The notes beneath the pieces are model-generated. The model was not told where the DNA came from. It was given only the letters and a program-made list of their open reading frames with translations, and did no database searches. The position numbers were made by a program, and so were the translations under genes. Shown in pieces: positions 40,285 through 52,037 of a stretch of DNA of 64,000 nt. Source of the DNA: Camelus dromedarius (Eukaryota); the NCBI RefSeq assembly GCF_036321535.1, contig NC_087472.1, positions 92,010,001 through 92,074,000 of the forward strand, in the 5' to 3' direction. The number at the start of each line of letters is the position of its first letter. Positions within the stretch are counted from its first letter, which is position 1.

Positions 40285-41390
40285 TTTGGCATTCCTGTTA
40301 TTATTACTGGCATCACCTTCCTCCCAGTCTGCCATAATTAACACCTATTATTTTTTCACTCCTCTCTCTGTCAACTTTACTTCCTATTAGTTGACACATT
40401 AACAAGATTTATACCTCTGATTTTCTCTGATCCCTCTCAAATCTGACATTTTTCAAATCCTAATCTTTTACTTCTCACCTAGGTAATTAGTTTCCCAATT
40501 GGTTCTCTGGCTATTGGCTTCTTTTTTCTCTTATTCATTCTACAGTCTATTATGAGACTACCTTACCAACTGGGCTCTCTCCCCTGTCTCTTTTAAAAAA
40601 ATTTTAAACTTTCATTTTTTTTTAAATTTATTTTTTGTGTGTGAGTTTCCCTTTTAATTCATTTTTTTATTTTTTATTTTTTTAACATTTTTTATTGATT
40701 TATAATCATTTTACAACGTTGTGTCAAATTCTAGTGTAGAGTACAATTTTTCAGTTATACATGAACATATATATATTCATTGTCACATTTTTTTTCTCTG
40801 TGAGCTACCGTAAGATCTTGTGTACACGTCCCTGTGCTACACAGTACAATCTTGTTTATCTATTCTACAATTTTGAAATCCCGTCTATCCCTTCCCACCC
40901 TCCGCCCCCTTGGCAACCACAAGTTTGTATTCTATGTCTATGAGTCTATTTCTGTTTTGTATTTATGCTTTGTTTTTTTGTTTTTGTTTTCAGTGGCATG
41001 AAGGTTTCACTTTCGTGAAAATGTATCTAAGTTCATAATTTTTCTGGCACCACTCTTTTTCATCAGGTCAGCTGGCAGAATTGCTTCAGCTGGCTGTAAT
41101 ACTGCCCAGCTCCCAAAGCCAGCACATCACATGCTTTCTCATTGCTATGCCAACCCTAACACTGGTCTTTCAGCGACGCCTTTCTACTTCAAGTCTGCCT
41201 GCCTAAATCGTACTCCTTAACTAAGGTATAGCTCACCTAACATTTTCACAATGAGTCCTTGCTTGATCCTGCTTTTGAAATCAACTGTACTCTACACTCA
41301 TACAGTGTATTCTTGGTTTTACTTACTGCTTTACCTAACACTACGTCGGTCATATGGCAAACATCCAACAAGTACTTGATTAAATGTACA
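40285..41390 (+). mobile_element. Fragmented L2 (interrupted by the L1 at about 40610-40990)
   Basis: ggcatcaccttcctcccagtctgcc...cactcctctctc and the 3' end catatggcaaacatccaacaagtacttgattaaatg. Confidence 0.5.
40610..40990 (-). mobile_element. Young camelid-like L1 3'UTR with long T-rich tail
   Basis: tttaacattttttattgatttataatcattttacaacgttgtgtcaaattctagtgtagag...ccccttggcaaccacaagtttgtattctatgtctatgagtc. Confidence 0.88.
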
Positions 41391-42095
41391 ATTTCTTACT
41401 AGTACCTTAAAAACTTTTAACACTGCCATTCTGCTCATGAATCACAAGTCTGAGAATACTGCACAATATAGATGACTATCTCCATAATTTTAAGAAATTA
41501 TGCCTATAATTGTTATGGCTCAATACCAGGATGTCTACTAATGGAGAAAGGTATATTATTGTTAACATTTTATTTGTGAACACTTTGTTTGGAAATAATA
41601 TACCACTTTCCATTAGTAGATATCCTCACCAATCCACTTATGAACAGATATTCATTTCTAATATAGTTAGATCAACTCTTGCCAAATGTAAAAGGAAAAC
41701 TAAACATTGCCAAATTCACCTCTGAAGAGGTACAATCTGTCTTTGCTCTTTAAGAGCTACAGGACAATCCTGTTTTTAAATCTTGGTAAAGGGATCCCTC
41801 TGCTTCATATACTTTAAAACTCCTGTGCTATAAACAACTTCTAATGATGTCTTTCCCAATCGGTAATCCCTAGGGCTACACGGAAAAAGGACCCTTCAGG
41901 TGAAAAAAAAAGAAGACCACAAAACAACACAGGTTAACGTGCAGTCACACACAGGCAAGCTGTGGGCACACACACAAGAGCAGACCCTGATAATTACTGA
42001 ATGAGGGTTCTTGTCAATACTTCACTGTTCATTCACCTTGTGAACTTTTACTCAATATCTGTTTTTGTGAATGTAGTAAAACAAATGATACATGC

Positions 42096-43075
42096 TGTAA
42101 TGGTTTGAATGCTGGCTTGCAAAAGTTATGTCCTCATCCTAACCTCTGGAAGCTATGAATGCTACTTTACAGGCGTATCTTGTGCTTCACTTTATTGTGC
42201 TTCACAGATATTGTGGATTTCTTTTTTTTTTTCTTTACAAATTGAAGATTTGTAGCAACCCTGTGTCAAGCATGTCTATTGGTACCATTTTTCCAACAGC
42301 ATTTGGTCTCTTTATGCCTCTGAGTCCCATTGTCATAATTCTCACAATATTTTAAACTTTGTCATTATCATTGTATTTGTTAAGGTGATCTGTGATCAGT
42401 GATTTTTGATGTTACTACTACCACTCTCTGAAGGCAGAGATGATGGTTAGCACTTTTTTTTTTTAGCAATAAACTACTTATAATTAAGGTATGTACATTA
42501 TTTTTTAAACATAATACTATTGCACACCTAAAAGACTACAATGTAGTGTAAACACAAATTTTCTATGCACTGGGAAACCAAAATATTTATTTATTTACTC
42601 ACTTTATTGCAGGATTTAATTTACTGTGGTGGTCTAGAACTGAACCTGCAATATTTCTGAGGTGTGTCACCATTTGGAAAAAGGGTTTTTGTAGATGTAA
42701 TAAAATTCAGGTTCCTGAGATGAGGAAGTCACTCTTGATTATCCATGTGGGCCCTAAACCCTATGCCAAGTGTCTTATAAAAAAAGACACAGGGTGATTT
42801 GAGACAGTTGGAAGACCAACACATACACACACAGAAACACTCAGGAAGAGGGCAATATTGACCACAGAGGCAGACATTGGAGTGATGTGACCACAAGTCA
42901 AAGAAGGCTGACAGCCTCCAGACATTGAATGAGGCAAAAATTCTTCCCTAGAGCCTCCAGAGGCAATACAGTCGTCAGACTTCTGGCTTCCAGAACTGTT
43001 GAGAGAAGAAATTTCTGTTGTTTTAAGTCACCAAGTTTGTGGTACTTTGTTACAGTGGCCACAGGAAATGAATGA
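42096..43075 (+). mobile_element. MLT1 (B/C-like) LTR interrupted by a Tigger1 derivative
   Basis: Starts tgtaatggtttgaatg...tatgtcctcatcctaacctctgg...gaatgctactt; resumes tttggaaaaagggtttttgtagatgtaat; ends ttttaagtcaccaagtttgtggtactttgttacagtggccacaggaaa. Confidence 0.88.
42170..42670 (+). mobile_element. Internally deleted Tigger1 (Tigger1a-like), about 500 bp
   Basis: TA|caggcgtatct...tttattgtgcttcacagatattg left end; gtggtctagaactgaacctgcaatatttctgaggtgtg right end. Confidence 0.85.
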
Positions 43076-45984
43076 AGACACCAATATAAGTTTTTCATAA
43101 GGTAAGTGACTCAAATTATTGCTAAATTTCCACCATGCTTTGAAAAGTGCCTTCTTTCTCCACTTCATCCCCATCTTCAGTCCCCAGTATAGTGCATACC
43201 TTTCATTTAGAAGGATATTCTGATCTCATGTGTACCTTCTGTGTCTGAGTTAGAGTCTCTCTTTCTTGACAAAAACAGCCTGACTGATGAGATAACCTGG
43301 ATGTGTTTATGTCGTTAGCTCCCTCACATGCATAGCAAAGAGCTCCAAAAAGTATAGAGATTATGATTATGACTAAGAAAGCATCAGACCCACCAGGTCA
43401 GAAGAGATATATAGAGATATAATTAGAAGAATTTTCTGTTTATAGACCTTAAAAGTCCCAACAGGACTGAGAACAGTGATTCTCAGCCTCCATTCCAGAT
43501 TTAATAAATTAAAATTATAAAAGATCTACAGGTATTTATGTCATTCATTCCTAGTTAAAAATCACTGCCACAGACAGATGGACATGAAGATCCTCAGGCC
43601 ACAGATTCTCACTTAATTAGTCAGTGGTAAGACTGACTCAATGGCTTGTGTCAGTATACCATGATGCCAAGGACCTCTTTAATTGAAAGAAAACATAAAT
43701 TAAAGGTGAAAATGTTAACCTATAATATTGAAATGATTAAAATATATGTGCTCTGAATTACTAAACTGAATATAAAATGCTCTTCTGCATTTAAGGATTG
43801 ATTAGATCATCATTTCAATAATGTTTGAGAATCTCAGTCTTATGTCCCCATTGAGAAATTGTTCTCATAAGCTAGAATAAAGTCAATGTCCACCTTGTTT
43901 TCAATATTATGCTACCATGAAAATAAAATAAATGAATGCTTAGGATATTTTAGTCACTGAAGTCTAAAATAGAGTGTCAACTTGGTTACTATACTACTTT
44001 CATTCTTATAATCATTTTCACAGTTGGTGAAAATTTTTTGATATTAGTGCTTATGGGGCCTTGACCTATAAATGTCAGCCCATAGGAAAAACTGCAAATT
44101 ACTTTGTTACATCAATGCAGCATACATTTACATTATAAAAGAATTTCTATCTCTATGAAAACCTTACTAAGTTCTTTAAAGTCAAGATATATTTATAAGC
44201 CATGCGCAAGATATACTGTAAATGTCATAAAAATACTGTAAGTCCAATTTAATTTCTGGGTTAACATTGCTTTTAATCCCTTTGTTACAGGTTTTCTAAA
44301 TAGATAATTTACTAATGTCTACATAGTTTTTAACTTTAAATGCTCAGTCATTAGCTGGTTTTAAATTACTTACCTATGTATAGCCAAGATAATTATAATC
44401 GGAAAGAAAATGTGAATCCTAAATTAAAAAAAGCCAACTGTGTGTGCAGGGAATTAATAGTCACAGTAAACAGACAAGTCAATTATTAGTTTTATTTTGT
44501 CTGTTTTAAGAAATAAAATGAGACCACTTGCTTTTTGCTTGCTATTTTAGAAAGGGCTATAACTTGCTGTTTTTAAAGAGTAAAAACTCTGATGAACTAA
44601 CTGACTCTTCTAGCTGCTTTTTCACATTAACTTTTGCAGCTCATGGGACATTCTGTTCATGAATGTTCTAAGTACTTCCATTTTCTTAAGTGCCTCGAAA
44701 AGAAATTTCATGCTTGAAGATCAGTGGAAGAAAAGTGTCTATTAAAATGTACTTGAGAGAGCAGAAGTACAAAAAATATGGGAATGAGAAAATAGGAGGC
44801 AAAGATGAACAGAAGATCCAGGAGACATGCAAATGAATACAGAAAAAAGAACACCTGAGAAACATTTCAAGGACATGTTCATATTCAATTGCATTATTAC
44901 TAGATGTTCTATTTGATGAACCACAGTATCTGTTAACAGTGGGATAAAATAAAATGAAGTAGTCCGAAGTCCATAAGGATGAGACCATTTAAATATTGCA
45001 GAAGGGTCATGGATTTAAGAGGATATTGTTCACATTTAGAGTTTAACAAACTGAAGAAGGAAGCAATAATCAATACGCTAGTGTAGAGAAATGTGTAGCT
45101 CATAAGTTTCAGTCACAATCTGTAAAATGGAAGCACAATACAACATCACAGACTGTTGAAAAGATGAAGTGAGACAACATATGAAAATGCTTTGCTAATG
45201 TAAAACACTCCAAGAGCAAAGAGAGATTATGATCATTAACCAAGGAAAGCTGAACCTACAGGGTCTTGACTTTCTGGCTGATTACGAAGCTCATTTAAAT
45301 GAGAGCTGACAGTCATTCATGGCTGAAAATTAAACAAGAGCAGAAAGTCTTGGCCTATTCCTGAGGAACAAGGATTATCCCTGAGATTAACCAAGATTGT
45401 AATATAGCTTTGTAGACAGGCTCATCTCTCCCTCTCTCTCTCACCTATATATGCAGCTGTGAGCAGACCTTGTGCCCAGTATACACTCAATAACAGAGTA
45501 ACAAATGGAACTAGTGAACCCATCCTCATTCTGGCTCTCTAAAATTATGGAGTCTACTTGACAAAACTTTAGAGATCTGCCCTAAACTCAGGGTGCTGCT
45601 TAAATCTCTAACCTTGAACAATTTCCTGGCTGCACTGTGATATGTAACTGTTCTTTTAACCCCTATTTATTTCTCCAAACTCAACCTGCTGCACTGTTGA
45701 CCTTTAATAGTCATCTGATTTTTCCTTCTCTGTCCGATCTGCATTTGATTTATTGCCAGGCTTCCCAGTTAGATCTTCATAGCTCAGATTCCTAGGTCCT
45801 TCTTTATCTGTCTCCCTCATCCATCAAGGAGGATCTTTAATCGTGCCAGGCAATCAAATCAAATCCAACAGTTTAGTATGGTTTATTCTGTTAATCTGTA
45901 GTAGATACCTACTTAAAAGGGTAAATTATAAATATTGGTTTTATTTATGAGGATTGATGCTGAGTAAACGCTACATGATTTATC

Positions 45985-46500
45985 ATTCACATATTTTTGT
46001 GTATTAGGTATTGACCAACATTTTAGGGAGGTGAAGATGAAAGCACTGTAGTCCATTCTTTAAGAGTTCCAAGTGCAGTAGGGGAAACTGACACACAGTA
46101 ATACGTATACCAAATGATACACTCTAATAATAGTGTGAAAAAGAAAGTTACTAGAATTTGAGAAGCATTATTTAATTCTGCCTTGTGGGAGTTGAGTTAG
46201 GGAAGGCTTCATAAAGGGGACATCGAGATACACCTTAAAATTTGAGTAGACAGGCACAAAGGACAGAGGCAGGAGAGGGAATTCAAGATGGCAGCCATCA
46301 CATGTGCAAAGGATAGAGTCATGGAAGTCCATGGTATGATCAAGAGTGCCTGGCCAATGGTGTGAGCTTAGTAGAAGGGTAAATGAAACAGCACCAATAA
46401 AATGGGGTCACAGAGAGAAAGGACTGGCCTTTATCTTCAAGGCAACAGGCAAATATATCTTTAATCAACAAATCTAACATTATCCTACTTTACAAAGATA
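45985..46500 (-). mobile_element. L2 fragment
   Basis: cattcacatatttttgtg...agggaaggcttcataaagggg...catgtgcaaaggatagagtcatgg. Confidence 0.6.
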
Positions 46501-47869
46501 ATTTTCTTACCAAAATAAACTGAGAGTCTGAAAAACTGACTCTTTTAAATTTTGGTATTTTGGACTAAAAGTTCTAATGTCCATTATAGGATTTCTACTC
46601 TCTATTGCCTCAACTCTTGACTCTGATGATTGTATATAGGAGTGATGGTTGCATTAAACTCAAGAAAGCCACTATGTGTAGGCTCCAATGAATAAGGTAA
46701 GGATAATTATGGATCCTATAGTCCATCGTTTTCTTGGTACATCTTTGCAGGCAAATTAGGCAAAGTCCATTCTCAAGTATGGGGTCTTCAGAGTAAAGAT
46801 TTATACAGGGAAAATTTGTAGAGAGAGGAGTAAGTAAAAATAACTGCTGAAGTAATTGACAGATGTTTCTACTTTTGTTAACTTAGAAAGTCTATGAAAA
46901 CAAAATAGGTATAATTACTTTTCTGTGAGGCCAGATTGCTAAACAGAATTTGCCCATTTGATTACCTCCATGATTCTTGTATCACCTGATGCGGTGATTC
47001 TCCTTTCATAATTAACTGTGTTGCTCTAAACTTCTTGATTCTCAAATATAGATTTTATTATATTAGTTGTTCCAAACATATTAGAAATCAGTCTGTAGCA
47101 TGTTCCAATTTATGACACAATGGAACAGATTCATATTCCATGATAGTCATTCTGAATCCAGATCTTACTGTAAATCTTAACGATCTTTAAGACTGTTCCA
47201 CAGTGCAACTGTGTTTGGTGGTATGAATACTGGATCTACCAATAAAAGGACCAGACACTGAGACCATTAGACTAAAATTATGTATCCGGGCATGTTTCAT
47301 TTGGCACATATGGTATAAAAATAAATTTGAATTACTTTAAGTAGGGCATACATTCCCCACTTCACCATGGCTCTCCCTCCCCCCACTTTTTATTGCATTA
47401 CTAATAGCCTTACTTAACTCATTCATATTACATGAATTTGACTTTATAACCCATGCTGTAGCATTTCCATCTTTTCAGAAATCATACCTTTTACCTGAAA
47501 ATGTCTTTAACAGCTAAGAGTCTGATATTTGGTTTGTGGTAGAATTAGGTTCTAGGTTGAGAGATAACCTAACACTGTGTGAGAGACAGCAGTGAGATGA
47601 ATGCAGGTGGGGCTGGGAAGTATACACTACAGATACAGAGGAGGAGATGTCAGGATTTGTTGAGAGGAGGGGCAAGAAAGAGTTTTCAGTCTGAGAGAGA
47701 CTGCACTCAAAGGCATCAGGCTGGCTACTTCTGCCTCCACTAAGTTACTGAGGTGACATAATAAAGATGACAGCTAAATTAATACGATGTGGATTAACTG
47801 AGAACTTTAAAGAAAACAAATATTGAATACGAAAACAAAGCCTCTGTAACAACTATTGCTTCTTCCTCA

Positions 47870-47935
47870 CCTTCAACTGGTACAAACCCCACCTCCACAT
47901 ACCCTTCAACTAGTACAAACCCCACCTCCACATAC
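47870..47935. repeat. 33-bp tandem duplication (2 copies, 1 mismatch)
   Basis: ccttcaactggtacaaaccccacctccacatac / ccttcaactagtacaaaccccacctccacatac. Confidence 0.95.
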
Positions 47936-50900
47936 ACACTTTCATGTATTCACACAAACATACGGGTTTCCTCATCACAGGACAGAGCACACGATGACCA
48001 ATGAGCCAACACCTTTCACCTTGATACCATAATAATCTGTTCAAAATTTAGCTCTGTAACCTCAGCTATACCAATCAGGATTCCTTCTCAGGGAATCTCC
48101 AACTCCAGCTAGATTTCCTCCTGGTTGGAAGAACTGAGCAAACCACTGTTCTCACCCTGTATGTCCCCCTAGCCCCATGCCACACTCCACCTCTATAAAA
48201 AATGATGACATGAAGAGAGAAGCAGAAAAGAAAAACAGAAAATTCTCGCATTGTTCCCATCACCCTTGAGGCCAGCACTACTCTTGCCTTTGACACTTGT
48301 GATCAGAGCCCTGATGATGAATTATCAGAACCTGGGATTCTTGAAGTGTAAATTGTCCAGGCACAGCAGTTGATCTGAAAAAATCCTCAAATTAACTTTT
48401 TCTTGAAATAGCCAACCATTTGAGACAAAAACCAACTTTTGGGGATTATTTTCCCACTAAATTGTTTACCTACTTGCCTCAATCCTCTATTTTATTTCAT
48501 GTACATAAATCATGACTGAAAGAAAATAAAGCCCTGTCTGCTCTGAAATTTGTCAACAGAATTCTCCCTTGATTTAACATTTCTTTTACATATAGTAACA
48601 TGTTTTCTGTGGCACTTAACATAACCTGAAGTGAATAACTTATTTATTCATCTAATATAAGACTCACTTATTTATCTCCCATCATATAAAAATATTATTC
48701 CCCTTCCCTAATTAGTAGCAAATTCTAATAAACAGCACTGGAGTAAAAATACATTATTCATGGGAAATAGAGATGGATTACTTTTTTTAAAAAAATAATC
48801 ACTACAGATGACATACCTAAGAAAAAATATCTCTGTATAAATCATTTTATAAATATAATATGTGACATATAATTCTGAAGCAGATATTCATACTACTTAT
48901 AAACAGGCTATAAATAATAAGCAGAGTGCAACATAATATTCTAATTGCATCTCAAGTAATTTTGGCCAAAATTAGATACATTATTCAGAAAACATTAAAA
49001 AAATGAATCAATAAATTAAAAGTCTTAAACTTGCCAAGTTACTTGATCAAATCAGAAATATACATCCATCAGAAATGCTAAAATATTTCTTTTAAGGGAA
49101 AACAAAAACACTTTTACTGAACTTTCCTTGAGCTATTTCATATAATGGCTTCTTATTGAACGTTTGTGGTAGTAATGTCAAATTCTCCTAGAACACATCA
49201 TGTTGTGAGTATCATAGTGATAGCTTGATGTGACAGGATGCATTCAATTTCATATTTCTGGAAAGGCAATGCACTTTCCTTTGTTCTCTTCCTACTCAAA
49301 GAGCTGCCAAGTTTCTATAAACACAACTGCTCATCAGTTAAGTCTGAGGTGAGTGCCCTGCTTTTATTAAACTTGTAACAAAAATTCTCCAAGAGTGAGG
49401 AGGCCTGTAGCCTGCCTGTGAGTTTGAGGAGACCACTGCAGGGAAGTGGGAGGAGAGAGGGAATTGCTGACTCTCCTGGAATCCTAAGTCTTTCTCTCAT
49501 GCTCATTGTGGACCAGAAGTGGAAACGGGAGGTATCTTTTGACCAGATTATTGGAAAATAAAAACTCTTTTAACAAATTCTTTTCTTTTCCTTAATTATT
49601 CAATTGGATAATATATGCTCTAATTAGAATTTACATATCTTAAATACAAAATTTTTAAAAATCCTTAGTGTTTCTGAGAAAGTCACATTGGGCTTGTGTG
49701 TGGTGAACTACAAAAGAGGCCTTTTCTCAAGAGTTTGCTATGAGTCTCAGATTTTAAAACCTTCTGGATATTCTTATGCATTGGGCTTATCTGGCATGTT
49801 TTCGAACATACATTTAGGCCCATCTTAAAATGTGAATTTTTAAACATTTATAAAGCAACAAATCAAATTTCATTGTATATACTTTCATAATAAAAAGAAA
49901 AACATTATTAAATATATATTAATATCTTAAGAGAAAAAGAAGTGACCGGCAGAATGATGTAATAAAAAGGTTCACACAAATTTCAGAAGAATCAAAATAC
50001 AAAATACTCCCTTTAAACTTGCAAATAACAGTTATCACTACAGGAAAAACAAATGACACCATGGGCTGTCATTCTATTAGGATACATTTCAACAAAATCA
50101 AGGCAGAAAAGACAGTGTGATAACATTCAAAATGTATCCCTTATGAAAACTGTTTAGTCACAATTGAACATGAGATTCTGGCTACTCAAAAAATCTACCC
50201 TACCACATCAATTTTTGAGAGTTAGATTAAAATGAATTACTGTGGATTCTGAAGCTGGTGAATAAAATTTCATATTTCCTCAGAGGAGGCAAAAAGTCAC
50301 AAAAGGGATACGAGTTTCCACTGACAGAGAAGAGGAAGTCACACTGAAGTGAGAGGTGGATGCTCCTTCATCTGGGTTAGTTAGAAATACCACTTGCCAG
50401 TGTCCTTTCAATGAACCACATCTTATGAAAACGTAAAAATCTTCACTACCACAGAGAAAAGTTGTAGGGGTGATTATTCAATTATAAAAGGATTCTTATA
50501 TAAAGTTATTCACTACAGAGTTTCTTTAAATAAAGTACTTTCCTTGTGCATATAAATCTTTCCTTGATCGTTAGCTGCTTAAAAGAAGCTGGGGGACAGA
50601 GTCTCTTAAAACTGACATGTTAAGCCACTGCCAATAAAAGATCAATCAAAAATGAAGGGAACACTTCTCTGAAACTATGATGATTCAATTTACCGACAAA
50701 ACTGTAGGAACACACTAAGTTGGTAGAGTAAGGTACGATTGGAATGCTAAGCATTTTAACATGAGACCATAAAATCCTGGTATCCTATTTTCATAATTGT
50801 ATGCAGGCACGAGTTATTTTTCATGAAGAATCTGCATAATTTAGGAATGCTCAGTTATTTAGCCAAAATTCAAGAGGAATGAACATCTCTCCTTGTATTT

Positions 50901-51711
50901 AAATTTTAAATGATGTGGGTCTTTTTATAGTTTCTATTTTAATGAACATCAGTCATGTGGCACACATTCTTATTCTGAAACCTCTTTCAATATTCTACAC
51001 CATAATGTCCCTTGATAGGTTTATTTCTGATAAATTGGCATTTACTTTGCAAATTCAGAAGTTCTTGGTAACATAGGATACTCACTGCATTTTTCTATGC
51101 TAGTAAACTTCAATCACCAAGAACGAGTCAGAAAGCTTTGTAATAACAATACTTGTCAGAGGAAAAGCAGTATTTTTCTATAAAATGAATAAGACTATTG
51201 CTAAAACCTTCAGGAAGAACTTGACAGGCATAATGGTTTGATGCTTTGTCTTGTAAAATTATTCCCATGTACCTTGTGTTAAGGAATATTATATCTGAAT
51301 TTCTTTAGTTTAGAAAAGTAAGTTTTTCACTCTTACTTTATTCTTGATGGTTATTAATAAATTAATGTGGCACAGTGTCCATTACATGGCCCATTTTTTA
51401 AGGGATGGGAAACATTTTCTTCCATTAGGATCATGTACTTAACTGTATGCATTTGGATCGATCTGTTGAAGAATTAAGTAATCCAAAATAAATCAGTAAT
51501 TTCTTTAAGATAAAGTCTTATTTAAGTAGAAAAATTTAGTATGCATATTGTGTTCTTAGAGAGGAGAAGGGAATTAATTGTCTAAAACGTTATCCATCCT
51601 ATATAGTAGCAGACTTACACTCTAGTAAGTATATATAAGCATGACGAAACAATTGATGTTATTCCAAATGCATTTCAGGAATCTTGTATATACAACTTTC
51701 CATATACACTC

Positions 51712-51767
51712 AGATAGATAGATAGATATATAGATAGATAGACAGACAGACAGACAGAAAGATAGAT
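51712..51767. repeat. Compound (GATA)n(GACA)n microsatellite
   Basis: Direct reading. Confidence 0.9.
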
Positions 51768-51784
51768 GGCATTAAAATATCTCA

Positions 51785-52037
51785 ACTAATTGCAGAAAGC
51801 ATGTACCGACTACTTAACATATATCAGGCAATGTACTAATTTTTACATGCATTATCTCATTAAATACCCATACTAACTCCATAGAGCTAGGTATTTTCAT
51901 GGTGTCTTTTTTATTGATTAGGAAAATGAGGGCTGTTTGTTTAAGGTTACAGCAGTAGCATGTGGCAGAGCTGGATTGTCACCTAAGTCTGTCTGACAGA
52001 ATGACCTGAATGTGGAACCACTGCTATATGCTGCCTC
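51785..52037 (-). mobile_element. MIR
   Basis: tttacatgcattatctcattaaatacccatac...ggcagagctggattgtcacctaagtctgtctgac. Confidence 0.75.

Noticed and set aside
47870..47935. 33-bp direct repeats as a CRISPR-like array
   Set aside because: Two abutting copies, no spacer, mammalian intron.
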